From a virus, in the IMG/VR virus record IMGVR_UViG_3300027763_000032, positions 57,011 through 121,010 of that record: a DNA stretch of 64,000 nucleotides; one strand, written 5' to 3'. Of this stretch, positions 44,820 through 59,800 are shown piece after piece; position 1 is the first letter of the stretch; each line of letters begins with the position of its first letter. The translations under genes were made by a program, and so were the position numbers. The notes under the pieces were generated by a model. That model was not told the DNA's origin. It made no database searches and was given only the letters and a program-made list of their open reading frames with translations.

Positions 44820-47800
44820 TTATACTTTATTCTTGTCCGGCATCAAAGCGTAAGTTGATCTAATAAACTTAGCCGGATCAGACCCGGAATCAGCTAAACC
44901 AACCCCTTCTGTAGTCCATGCTTGTCCCACACGCTTTTGAACTACAATATACTGCCCTGCTTCGGGTACTTCAGTTAATCGGATCTGCATTGGCTGCTGA
45001 TTGCTTGCAGAAGTTACTGAAAATTCTGCTTCATATGCTTTGTCGCCGCTTGGACTATCTGGTCCAAGATTAGGATTCCAAATAGTATACGAGGTTTTAC
45101 GTAATCTACGACCCGCTACAAATACTTCTACATCATTACACTGGTTGTATGCTGACGGTATGGTTTTTCTATACCAACTAGCATCTGCAACAGGTACAGT
45201 TAGTTTAAAATCTAATTGTATCTTTAGATACTTAATTCCCTTAGAAATTACTCTACTAGTTGGTACTTGATTATTAATATTGAATATTAATGATCCTATT
45301 GTATTTGCACTAGTAGCTGTAACTGTAAATGTAGTCAAACTGTCAATAGACGTAATAATTGCTAGGGCGCCAAAATTTCCTGCGCCAGAAACTTTACTAA
45401 CAACTTGTCCTACAAGTAGGCCGCTTGTATTATTAGGAATAGTTATTCCATTTTTTACATAAGACCCAGTTAATGTAACTGTAGATACTAACCCCGCAGT
45501 ACTAATAGTGCCTGCAATGGTTACAGTTTTTACATCTTCTGTTCCCTTAAACACTATAGAACCGTAGGTATTTGCAGTAGTTGATTTAATAGTAATTTGC
45601 GTATTACTATTAACTTCAGTAATTACAGTAAGGCCGCCAATTGATCCGTCACCGCTAATTTTAGTTAGTACCATACCTGCACGGAATATACTGTTAGCAT
45701 TTGATAGGCCAGTTATTGTAGTAGTTAGACTTGCATCTGTTACTATACCGCTAGCTGAAACTGTTGTAAATTGTGGCAGTGACGAAATTGGAGGATTATA
45801 TATTACTAAATCATATGCACCAACTGATTTTGCAGGGGTTACGAATGTTAATTGTGTATTACTTATTCTGTTAACTACACAATCAACATCGCCAACAAAT
45901 ACCTTAACATTAATTTTAAATCCAGTTCCAGTAACGGTCACTGTTTGGCTTCCAGACAAGTCAGCTGTTTGATCTTCTCCTGGGAATGTCACTGATGTTA
46001 TTGTTAGTTCTGGAGAGTTAGTATAAATGCTAGCGCCATTAGTGTATCCGTCCGATACAGTTACCGATGACATAAATTCATCTTTATACGGAACAGTTTG
46101 AATGACACTTTGATCTCTTACTAAAGTTCCTTCGGCATAAACAGTTTTAACTCCAGTGCCTAAAGTACCTCGTTTTAGTTGTCGAATAACATTACCGTCT
46201 TTTTTCAAGTACTCAATGCGTTCACTATCAATAAACACTACACCAGGTTTGTTTAATCTAGCACTTGGTTCAGGTAGTACTGATCCGTCAACTAGCTCTA
46301 TAGCGGTGTCATAATAATTTAATGTCTTAGCTAGTGTGGTTGAGGACGCATCATCAATTCTTGAGTAAGAATTTTTGTTTAGCATGTCTTTGAATATTTT
46401 ATAACCAAAACTACTTCTTGTTACTTTATTACTAAATGCAATTATGTCTATAATATCAGTTTCTACAAAATCTATTCTTGGTGTAAAACTAATATGATTC
46501 ATATTGCTTTCTAGTGCATAATCAACGTCTGGGGTTAACAGCTTATTGTTTAGAGTTATCCAAACATATTGAGAAGCCACAGCAGGTCTACGCAGTTTAA
46601 TACGTCCGCCGGCTAACTGATTATATCTGTAATATTCTTTGGCTCCAGCAACTAGCGTTGATGCTGAAGTAGTTCTATCATGCTCACGTTCAATTTCAAG
46701 TATATCATGGTTACTAAAAGTAATAACAGTGATTACTGTGTTAGCAGTATATTCTCCTAACAACTCGATAGATAAATTATTATCTGTGGAAATTATATTG
46801 TAGTCAGAATTTGCAACTATTGATAATGAAATTTTATCTCCAGTTTTTGCAACACCTTTTTTAACTTTAAGTTGATTGTTAATTGGGAACCAAAAGTAGT
46901 CAATACCTTGCACAATGTTTACACCGTTAACTGCTACAATAACTGTGCTACTGTCTACAGTATTAAATGCATATCTTGAACTGTCAACAGTATATGTTCT
47001 ACTAGTTCCTGCTACTATAAAATAGAAAGTATCAGCAGGTCTCAAAATACTACCGTCAGTTACTACTAACACATTATTAGCTAGAGGTTTAACAAATTCA
47101 GGATCTGTTGTTAGTTCGTATGTAGTGTCTACACCGTTATGCACAATAGTTTGTTTTTGTACTTTACTAATTGAGTCAACTGCTGATCCTAAAATTGTAT
47201 AGTTGATAATTGCGCCTTCAGTAGGCGGTACAGCAAATCGTATACCAATAGTACCCACTAAGGTATATTGACTATCTGTTTTAAAAACAATTACGTCAAC
47301 TGCTTCACCGTCAATAGTTACAAATGCTGTTGCGTTAGTACTCCATCTAGCAACTGATACAAATTCATCAGTAGTTCCATCGCCAACAAAATAATCTAAA
47401 TCAAGAATATTTAAACCGTTTTGACTTAGGCTAGTAATAACAATTTCAGAATTAGTTGGATAGCTGGTAATTAATTCTATTTGATTTGTGATTGTATCAA
47501 CTGAATAATTAACATTTTGTTTAATGACATTTCCAGCTACTTTTACAATAACAGATGATGATGTTCCTGGACGCTGTCCAATGTCATAGACTTCTATTCC
47601 AGCTTGTTTTAGATAACGATTGCTTTCAATTATAGGGGCACCATCACCAATTTTATGGTAGACAGTGATATCGACTGTATCTACAACTTGGCCGGTAACT
47701 ACTTCTTCTGGGGCATAGCTTGAGGTAGGTGTAACAAATCCGTCACCGTCAACATTGATGTCTTCTGCGGCTAATCCGGTAGCACTTACATAGGCAAAGT

Positions 47801-50800
47801 CGCCGCCAAATAATTGAGTATCGTATTGTATATCACTAGGTTTAAAGCTACCATCACTAGTATTCTTTCTTAGTATGATACTATCCCCAGCTTGAATGTC
47901 TATGCCAAATGCTGTGGTGAATGTTGTGTTATTAGGTATTACAATCGGACCTGTACTTACACCGTCACCGATAAAAGAATTCATAATAGCATCTTGATTT
48001 ACAATACTTGGGAAATTCTCAATTTCATTTTGTACAGTATTAACTTTTCCGTTAAGTGTAACTGTGGCTCCAGGCGTTATTATTCCTGCAGTTGTTACAA
48101 CATCAAATCTATCGTTGCCGGTTGCTAATGCCTTAGCGTATGTACTTGTTATACGTACACTAGTGCTGTTAATAACTTCACCAATATAATACGTTTTACC
48201 AGAAGCATATCCCTGAATAGTACCATTGCTCAGTGTGCCGGTTATTCTAATGCTTTGTCCGACTAGTCTTAAACCGCTTGGTAAAATCAATCTTCCAAAA
48301 ATATCAAATATTTGTACAGAAGCAATAGTGCTTGTTCCCTCGTATGCAACCAGTTGACTAGCACCAGTAGTTATTAAAGCAATTGCATTATCTCTAGCGA
48401 ATTGTGCTGTAACTGCATTTTGCTGGGTAACAATATAATCTGAATTTAAATTATTGTAGATTTCCTGCTTGGCATCTTTTACTTCTTGTCGTTGATCTAT
48501 TAACTGTTGATCGCCAAAAACAATTGCATTGTCTAATGCAATTTGCGCTTGAAGCAATAGAGCCTCGGCGGCAGTTCTAGCATCAAATAGTATATCAAGC
48601 TGACGTGTTAGATCCGCAAGTAATGTAATGTTAAAATCTTTATCTTCTTGAGCAGTAGCTAAGCCGTTTACAATAGCTAGTTTTTCATTTTTAACAGCAA
48701 TTAATTTGTCAAGTAAAGGTTTGACTTTAATATAATTTGGATCATCTAGTCGTCTATTAAAAGTTTCTGTTGTTCTAAACGAATATGTGCCAGACGCTGC
48801 CTGTACTAATGCTTTAGTTAATGTTATTTTTGCGCCAACAATGTCTGATACAGTAGTATTTGACTGAATGCCAGTTCCTAAAACTAACTGACCTTTTTTA
48901 ATTCCATTGGCGTTAGTAACAGACAAAGATGAGCTATTAACATCTCCGGTACCTAGCGGAGTTGCTGTGATATAACTTCTATTGCCGGTCCAGTATACGT
49001 TGATGTATTCTATTTCTGTAGGAGCATAGTTTAAGGTAAATGATCTAGCAATGCCGTCACTCTTAATTAAGAAGTCTGTGAAGTCTGGATCAAATTGATC
49101 GTAGCCTGTGGTAAACCAAGGCAATGCGTCATATCCCGACCCTACATCAAAACCAATACCTGCAATTTCTACGCCGCCGTAATCAACGCCTTGCATTAGT
49201 TGACCGAGATCCTTGCCTAGTTGACCGAATTCAGGATTATAAAAATAATTGATTCTATCAGCCGCATCTAACAAGCTAATATTTTTGTGGTATTCAATTA
49301 CAACTTTAGATAAGTTTGCCGGTGCTGAATTAAACTGCAATATTCCTTTATAACGAGGATATGAGTAACTAGGATCAAGTTCATTGAATACTATGTAATC
49401 AGCCCCTAAAATTTCTCCGTTGTTATCAGATACTGTGGTGCGTGTTTTGATAACATCAATTGGCCACTTTAATTCAAATCTAGTTTTAGATCCGCTGGCA
49501 ATAAATGTTTCCTTGGCTAATATTGAACCAAATGTATATTCAGGGGATACTCTATCAAATTTAATACCAATCTTTGTTGATCGTACTAGACTGTTAGATA
49601 ATATAGCCACTGCTCTAGCAGGTGTGCCGCCATCGGCAATTGATCCTTCTATTCTAATAATAGGAGTTACTAGGAAATTTTCTTTAAATGGGTCACTAAT
49701 AACAATAGTAGAAATTTTGCCAGATGATAGATACGCCTTAGCACTAATAGTAGCAGGTGCCGGTTCAATAGTTACAATAGGAGCAGTTACATAACCTGAG
49801 CCGCCATCTACTATTCGTATTTCTGTTAAATTAAATCCAGTGCTGTATAACCAATCACTATATGGATATTGCTTGATGTCATTGCTACTGTATGTTAATA
49901 TGCCGTCTGAAATACTAGTTTGAAACGGTATTACTGTATTAGTAGTCTGGTCATATTTTGGCGGTAAGTCAAAATCAGACACTTGACTACCAGTTGGTTC
50001 AAAAATTTCATAAGTGCTAACAAACTCACGAATTTTACTTCTATAAGGTTTAGCCTCATTGATATATTCTTGATAACTAGGCAAGTTATCGTTTTGATAC
50101 GTAGGTTTTTGTTTTAAAGGACCAAGATTATGTTTTGATCGTACAAAACTTGTTTTAAAGGCCCAGTCAATAGACTTTTGCTCACTAAATGCATATCTTA
50201 AACTGGCAAAGAATAATTCTTTATATTCTTTGGCCAAGTTGTCAACAAAAATTATATTTTTAATTGTATTAAGAATAATTGTTAATTCAGCTTTGGGTTG
50301 ATCGTCAAACACGTAAGAGTCAAATGTTGGGCCGTCAAAACCTTCTGCATTATCTGCAAAGCGATATAGATTATCAGTAAACTTAATTGTGCCGGACTGA
50401 CGACCAACAATTTTATAATTAACTGTTGTTTCAAGAACTTCTTGGTTGTCAATTTTTTCTAATAGTACCCAACCGCCAATACCTTGATTGTTAACCTTTA
50501 CTATTTCGCCAATTTCAATATTGGCACTAGGTAGCTGATATGCAAAATCAAGAATATGATCTAATTTAGTAAACTCACTGTATCCTGCAGAATACCAATC
50601 AATATATTTCCAATAACGAGTAGTGTCATATGTCTGTGAACGTTCTCTAAACCATGTTTTCTTTAAAGAGTTCCATGTGTACAGTGCCCATCTATTGTTT
50701 GCAGTTTCGTCTGAGGTAACTAAAACAGATAGTGTTCTTACAGATAAACTAGTTGACTCAAGGTATCCGTTACCTGGTTTGTCAACAGTCGCTGAAATAA

Positions 50801-53800
50801 TTTGACCTTTTGATCCAAGTATAGTAGTAATCTTTGCGCCGGACCCTATTCCAGTAATTGTTACTTCTGGCGGATTAATATATCCTTTACCCGAAGTTAG
50901 TATATTAACTCTAGCAAGTTTTCCGTTTTCAATTACCGGAGATAGTACTGCTCTAACAATCTCATTTGTTCCTACAAATCTAATTTGACTATAAGAACTA
51001 ATTTCATAGTCATATTTTCCCGAACCTAAACTTGGTGCTTCATCTTTAGAATTTAAACTAGTAAGGTCAACATCATCTATTATAGATTGCGCGGCCATTA
51101 CAGAATTAACACGTTCAATAAACTGTTTAAGTGCTTCGACTCTATTAATAAACATGCTTTGTCTTGGTCGACTCTGGATACCGTATTTTAATTTTGCTGG
51201 AAGTTTTGCATCAGGAACTTCGTTGCCTAGTTTATCAAAACCTGATAAACTGTCAATCCATTTTTGTTCAATGTATTTGTTAATTGGTTTATCGATATCA
51301 CTTGTAGACAATAATTGATAGTGACTGTGTATATTTGATTGTTCAAAATTGTCAATGATCCAGTAACGAACATTTAACGATACTTTTCTGCTGGCAATTA
51401 AATCTTTACAGTTAACTAGCGAGAACTGATTTGTGCCATGAAACGATATGTAGCTGACTCCCATGTTTTTAGGACTACTAATATAATTTGCAACGTCCCT
51501 AGCAGAAACTGATCTACCAGTAACATTAGGAACTGTGACTTTATTTTTAACCCAGAAATAATATATATTTTTAAATGTTTTACTAATTGTGTCAAATGTT
51601 TTACTAATACTATAAACAGTACTTCCATATTTGCTAGTACCGCTGATGCCGAGAGTTAATCCTGCTTCAGTATCGGCTAGTTTGTCCCACTCTGATGGTG
51701 TGTATTCGCTTTGGACCCACTCGTATACACTTACTAATTGATCTTCAAATAGCGTATTCCATGAATTGGCTTTATATAATATAGGGCCTTGATTAGGGTC
51801 AATAAACTTGGCACTACTTAAATCCCACCATAACTGCCCAACATTTTTTTCTTTCCAACTCATTAGTGTATCTACTACCACTGTATCATCGCCAATAGAG
51901 TAAGTTGCAGGATCGTAGTATGTTTTAAACTTTAATTCATCTTCAGCAATGCTTAAGATTTTACCTTGTAAGGGATCTACAATATCAAGATATGTAATTA
52001 TACTACTATCTTCAATGTCATATAAGAATACAGATTTAATTTTATCTATATTAACTAATTGACTAGGCGTTCTAAATTTATACCAAGATTTATTTTCAGA
52101 ATAAAATTCATGCACTGCGCCAGTTAACGTATTGTAATCACTAATATATACCCTATCGGACATGGCAATAGCAGATCCATATTTAGATCCAACTGCATCG
52201 CCTACGTCTAAACTATCAGAGAAAATAAATTTATTTTCATAATGATCGTACAACATTACACTACCTGATCCTAATTCAGTTTCTAAAAATGTTGTAGAAT
52301 CAAGATCAAAGACAGTCTTATTGTTATCAAATTGTGTACGAGATAATTGGCGTCCGCCAGCACTGGCAATTGCTAATTGGTCTCCAACTGTATTAAATTT
52401 AACAGTTGATCCAAAATATTCACTGCCTCTATTATAAGGATTACTTAATTTTTCTTTAAGTACATATTCTCCAGGAGTATATGCTTCTTTAACGTTAACT
52501 ACTAGCGTAGCAGTAGCATCGTCATATGAAGTTACAACACCAACCATATAATTAGATAAATCATGCGTGATAGTAACACGTTGTAAATCTAAAATGTTTA
52601 AGGGTTTTGGTATAGTTACTGCTGATGGATTAGAATTATAATTTGTACCTCTAGTTAATAGTTCGCCGGCAACGACTGCGCCAGTAGATGGATTAACTTG
52701 CGTAACTTTATAACTTGCTTTGCCGTCACCGCCTGAGATGAAAACAATATCATTTACTGCATAGTTAGTTCCAGCGGCAACAATTACTGGATTTGCTCTT
52801 AGTGTGCCAAAAGTTGCAACTATGTTTAATCGCAATCCAATACCACTTTTTCGTACAGTAAAAGTTTTTATTCCGGGAGTAATTGTTATTTTAGTTGTAG
52901 TAGAAGTTGTCACTCCCGGTAATATAACAGACCATTCAGTAAATGCAGAAGGAATATTATAGTATACTTCAACTGCCCCTTCGTTTAGATGAGCATTAGA
53001 GTATGTTGGTGCTCCTATTGCTAGTTTGACGCCATCTTTAGACACTGCAATAGTAGAACCAAAATTTGACTTTGCTGGTAAAGTAGATTCTATAGTTTGT
53101 ACGTCTTTATTAAATTCGTAATTATTAGAGTAGTTCCATACACGAATTTTATCATTTCCATTAATTGAAGCGTCACTAAAAGAAAGAATAACATTACCGT
53201 TGGCGGCTACTGACATGTCTTTTAACTCAAGGCCTGCCGCAAATTCGCTAGTGAATACTACCGGAGAGCCAACTGTTGCGCTACTGCTAACAAATGTTGA
53301 ATCAAGAGCATTTGCTACAAGTTTTGAAATGTAGTATACTGTCAATGAAGGTGCAACAGTTGCAGAGCCCTTTGATGCTACAAATAATTTGTCGCCAACT
53401 ATTGCTACCTTGTGTCCAAAAAATTGATTATTTGTTTTGGTAGGTGCAGTTACCAAGTTTGAAAATACATAATATCCATTAGCGTTACGGGTGTATAAAA
53501 CTACGTATCCGTGATTTGCATACACTGGCATTGCTCCTGCACGATTTTCTAATACAAAGACTTCTCCGCCAGGAGTAGCTGATATTGTAAAACGTATTGG
53601 ATCTATAATTTGTGACACATAATATGTTCTGCCAGCAACTATAGTACCAAGTGCAGTATTTGAAAAGACAATTGGTCCGTTAAGAATAAAATTAGCAGTA
53701 GTTCCCGCTGACAGTATTAATCTGTTACCGTTTGATGTTGTTGAACCTACAACCAGAGGTGCGGCATTTGCGGCAGGTGCGCCTGCGGCCAAATAAAGAC

Positions 53801-56800
53801 CATCGCCTCTTACAGAGGTTGACGAAGCAAAAGAATTATTTGTCAACAGTATTGTTGGATTAGGATCGTTAGCATCCTGTGTAGTAACGGGACTTAGCTC
53901 TTCTCTGTATGCCCAATTAGATTTAGCAGTAGGTCTAGTATAGTAGAGCATACTGTTTTCTATTGAAACTATCATCACTGTGCTAGCTTCATTCACAGAT
54001 ACATTAATACCAAAATGTGATTTGTTATTAGCAACTGTTGTTGGATTGTAGCTGTTTTGATATTTCCAAACTGCCCATTGATTGTCAATGCCGTCTACCC
54101 AAACTAAGTCACCGTCTTTCTTCTTGGCTATTCCTAAGTTATTAATAATCTCAATTGACGGTACTCGTACTGATACAAACTTGTATAAATTTAAAGTTAA
54201 GTCAACGGTGTTTGCGGTATTAAGTAATTTTGGTTTGTCAAATTCAATGTAATCTACGCCAACCGCAGTAACTTTATAAAACCCTTCTAGCGTTGCTATA
54301 GAATTATTAATACCAATATAGTTGTCAACTTTAATATCAGTATCAACAACTCTGTTTAAAGTGATTCTAATAGTGTTTTGTGTAATGACAAATTTTCTAA
54401 TTAAATTTTCAAATAATGTAAATCGATAAACATTCCAAGTATTTTTATCATTGGCAACCCAGAAATAATATCCGTCATTTAATTTGTTAATATTAACAGA
54501 CACTATCTCGTCTACGGTGTTTAATTTGTATTCAACATCTTCAGCATTAACGTAGCCCGCAGTCGATACATAATAATTTGGCAACTGATGAGTTTCAAAT
54601 GGTGCATGTGAATATGTTTTGCTCTTTAGGTAGACCTGGTCGGGCAAAATTCTATAAACAAAATCTAATAATGAATTATCAATAGATTTAACTAGTTCAA
54701 CTGGCTGCGGATTAATTAAAAACTTAACTTCGTCTAGTCTAAACTCAACTTCGTCAAAGCTGGCATTGGCGCCGTATTGTCCTACACGGATAGCCCACTC
54801 TTCATAAAATTCTAAACTTTCTTTAGTACTAGTGCTTAGTGCGTCAAACAATTTAGCAAAACTATTTTCAGTACCTTTTTCAGTAATGAAACCTTGATAA
54901 AACTTATACTGACTTACATCGTCGTTAATAATGTTTTCAAGGTATTGTCTCTTTTGGTACCCAATAAGATGTTGTGCAAATTTTTGTTGGTCTAAATCAA
55001 AACTGTCAGTATCTAAGTCATAGAAGTCAGGGAATTGATTAGCTCGATAATCCCAGTTGGGAATTAACTTAGGTTCAGGTCTGGCTTCTAACTTATTCCA
55101 TTCAGAATGATCAAATTGTTCGCTACCTGGAACATTAGTTTTTGCGCTGTAATAAAATTCTTTGTACTTGACCGTATCACCTAATTTGTAATCAGTCCAT
55201 ACTTTCCAAAATTTAACTATTGCACGATCGTAGATAAATCCTGGGATATCAAAGTCGCCGTTCCAGTTAGTTGTTCTATAGCCAACTACTTTAATACGTT
55301 CTTGTCTATATCCCTGTACTTGGTCATATATTACATCATTGAATATAGTAGTATTGTCTAAAATAAGAACATGTTCTTTTTGTACTAAATTTAAAGTAGC
55401 ATGGTAAATGCCGTCAGCAGTATTTTTAGGAGACAGAGTGAATAAGTTTCCTTCTCTAGTATTACCTGTGTACAATGAGGATAGAGCCGCGCCGTCTTGT
55501 TTTAATATTGAATATTCATAAAAGCTGTCGTATATGTTATCAACTACTGAATATTTTTGACTAAATTTAACTTCTTCTGCACAAGGGCTTACACTTATTA
55601 CTGCGCCGGCTGACCAATTTTGAGTTGTCCAAAACGCAAATTCTTTTGCGCTAGTTTGAAAATCAGTTATTGTTCTAATAGTAGAATTAAAATTTTCAAA
55701 CAGAACACCAATTGATTTTAAATAGGCTCCGTAGCCTAGTAGAAAATCAACTACTTCTTGAATAGTTCTTAATTCTGCGCCATAGTGTAATGTAGAAACA
55801 GCGTCTTCAAACTTTGTTCTAATAACAATTTGTCTGCCACCGGTTAGTGGCAACGACGGCAATTTAGCAAAATATTTTATTTCAAATACTGCTGATGCTT
55901 GATGCGATACTGTTGTTCTATAGTATTGATTATTAAAAAATATAATTTTATCTTTGGTATAATATTGATTAGCGGTCCAAGTGGTAAAGCTAGCAGACAC
56001 GCCACCTATATTAATTTCAGAATCGTGATTAATGATTAGAGGTTTTAAATATTTAAATGCTGGAAGAAATTTATTATAACCTCTAATAATAAAACCGGTT
56101 GTTGCTTTTTCTATAATTACTGCGCTGTAGTCAATAGAAGCTACAGGACTACTAGTGTTAAGAATTATATTGTAATTTTCTTCTGGTATAAACACATTGC
56201 CTGTGTTTAAAGGATTACGACTATCTAATATTAATTTGAACTTTTCTTTGGTGGTAAACCCGCCAAGTTTGCTTGACAAACGCACTATTAGATTTGTTAG
56301 TTCGTTTTTGTAAACTGAGATTTCTGAAAGAGATTGTCTTCCAATAATATAATCAGTAATATAATTTACTAGTCCAGCAGTATGTACTCTAGATGCACTA
56401 TCTGATGTACTAGGAGTAATTAAATTAACAACATTAAATCTTAAATTTCCGTTATCAACTTTATAAACCAACTGACCAGTATCGTCTCTATACTGTCGAG
56501 TACGGTCAAAACAACTGGCAAATACCTGTGCGGGTCTTAGTATAGTTAATGCGGTTATTAAAGAGAATGGGTACTCTGCGCTACGTCTCCATGCAGATTC
56601 AATTGGCGCTTGATCGCCAAATCTAAATTTACCTTCAATTAATGATGATGTATAACCGTCAATAATACCAATGTCACTAGGGGCTAGTAATTCACCGTCT
56701 TCATTTACAGGCAACATTGATAACAAGTGCGGTCGTACAAATTTAGAATTCTTAACAAAATTACTATTAGGAGATTTGACTATACCGTTGGCTAGATCAT

Positions 56801-59800
56801 TCCATAAAATTAAATTGTTGCTAGTATATGGTGCAGGGCCGTACTCAGCGTCCCACCAAGTTGGTTTGATACTGAGCCCTAACATCTCCCACGGATGGGT
56901 ATGTGGGCGGTCAGTATCGTATACTAATTTAAATATACCTCTCCAGAATCCTGGAAGTTCTGTACCGGTTGATGATCTAAATTCTCTGTAGTTATATGTT
57001 TTTGGATTATTACGTACAAAGAAAGAATGTTTAGTATAATCGTCAGCTATTAAATTTGACCAGTGCAGGAAGTCCCCTGCCATAATGCTGTTTAGGTCGT
57101 CAAACGATACATCGGTAGTTCTGCTGTATCCTGGAATAAAATCATAGATATCAAATAGTCTAGTATCATATGCAACTTTAATATTGTTGTAAATTCTACG
57201 TTCAAATTCTAATAATAAGTCATCTCTAAAATCATTAAATGCCACTGTGATGCTACCATCATGGCCCTGAATAACTTTAGTCGGAGTTTGATAAGTGGTA
57301 TCAATAAAAATTTGAGGTTCAAATTTAGGATACAATCCGTACTTTGTTGGTGTTGGTGGTAAAAAACATCCATCTGTTTTTTCGTATTGTACAATTTTTA
57401 AATTGTCACCAGATGCAATTGTCGATAAGATTTTTACAAAATTAACATCAGCAAATTCATAATCTTTACCGTAGACTAACAAATTGTCATTTACATATAC
57501 AAGTACAGCATGTTCACTGACTGTAGTTAGATCAAAATCAAAAATCAAAGGATACTCAGTAATAGAGTCATCAATTATTTCTTGCTCAAAAATAAAGCTA
57601 GGACCTGCAGGTATCATGTCGCTTAGATAGTACGGACTAGCTGTTGTAAAGTCTTTAACTACTTCTTTTAAAATTAAATCTAGATGAATTCGTGTTACAC
57701 CATCATATCCGTAATCAGTTGCTTTACGTAATAAGTTTCTTTTAAATTTTGCATAATCAAGTCTAGCTGTTTTTAATGCATTAATTACATTATAATTTTT
57801 ATTAGTAATATGATATGCTATAGGTAACAACGGCGCGGCATGCTGAACAATCTTTGTTCCTAGCGGTGTAATATTTCCTAGATCTCGAAGACTTGCTGAT
57901 CCAGGTACCGTACCTATAAACGAATCGATATTGTCTGCAATTGAACTTACGTGATTATTAATTTCGCCTAATGTAAATGTGTCTAGGCTTAAGTTTTGAG
58001 GATTATGTTCTAAGTTAGATGGAAATTCATAATAACCATTAACTTTTGGTGCTGAAGAAGTTGTTTTAACTATCAACACATCGTCAACAACTAAATCCTT
58101 AAAGAATTCAACATAGGCTTGATTGTTAATAATAGTGATTGTATACTCAGTGTTATATTTTCTTTGTCCGTTTACATAGACTCTAACAGTTAAGTCAGTT
58201 AATAAACCACTGTCTGCATATGCATCAATTAAAAACATGTTACGCACTTGATCAATTACATATTGTCTAACAACATATTGTTTAGTTTTTGCAGTAGCAA
58301 TAGACCATCCATTTGCATGATCAAAAGAAGTTAATGTATTATTAAGACGTAGGTAGCCTAGTTCTATATTAATAGGCGCTACTAAAGTTGTGTTACTTTG
58401 ATAGGTATGCTTGTCTGTATGAAGATTAAAATTAAAAACAATATCTCCAAAGTTTCCAATATTCCTATATGTAATATTAAATCCTAGTTCGGTATCATAT
58501 GTAGTGCCAAGTTGATAACTGAATAATTTTGTTCCGCTAAATGTAGTGCCAGGATATTTTGTTGTGTTTCCATAGCTTATTCCGGTAGGGTCTACTACTT
58601 CAAACAATGGGCTTTGATTAATGTCAGTCTTGGCCTGGCTCTGCATCCATGTACCATCCATATAGTGGAACATTGCTCCTCTATAACTACGGCCTTCTGT
58701 TACTAAAACAGTTTCGCCGTCTTGTGGGTCAGTATCATCTGTAGGCAATAATGTAATTCTACGTTGCCCTAGATGTGTAACAAAACTTACTGTAAATATT
58801 CTACCAGAAACTCTAACGTCGGTGTCTGCTGTAAATAGCACACGCATGCCTTCAACTAGATTAATGTTATCAACATTATATCCGTAGCTACCTTCAATTG
58901 TAGAAAATACATCTGTAGTAAAGGTATCAACTAATGTCACGTTCTGTTTAGCAATACGTCCAAAATTCCATAATTGGATGTTTGAATTAAATTCAATAAT
59001 TGGACGCTTGGCCCTTGCTGTTTGATCTAATATCAGTGGTTGATTATTTGCTGTTGCAGATGCTTCAATTAGATTTCTATGGAACCAGCGGTTATGGCGA
59101 CTCCATGGGTTTCTATCTTTGCTTCCTCTATTAATAACCAAGTAATCTTTATTTGCTGGAAAATTATTGTTTACATCAAATCCCTGTGTGTCAAAATTTT
59201 CATTATCAAACTCAACTTCTAAATCAGAAGTATATGCAGACGGCGTTTCAAGATCTTTTTCTGCTACTAGGATAATTGCAGTACCAACACCCTCAACATA
59301 CCAATTACCTGTTGAGTATTTCTCAGGAGTTACCTGTCCAGAGAATGATAGTTTCATTCCGTTAGATAAGGTAGTTCCACTACTAGTAGTGTAATATTTT
59401 TTACCAATGATCTCATTGTCAACGTCTATCTGAGTTGATTCAGTGATATCAAAAACTGTAAAATAGCCCGATGTGTTTATATCAGTTTCGCTAACGTAAT
59501 ATAAAATATTAGGAGCATTTAACGGTACTGTAAATTCAATTGATCCTTTTTTAACATGTGAAGTAGAAGGAACAATTACATTTTTATCATTTCTTACAGT
59601 GATGCCGTTAGTGTATAAGTCTGCATCGCCCGTAGTTCTAACAGTCTTAAATGCAAATGGGCGGTCTTCACAATCTATTTCAAAGGTATATGTTTGTCCG
59701 CGATATAATTTAAATTTAGGGTTTGCTGTTAGGCCGTCAGGGGTAAACAAATAAGCAATATTGTCAACTTCGTTGATTAATTTAACAATATATGTACTGT

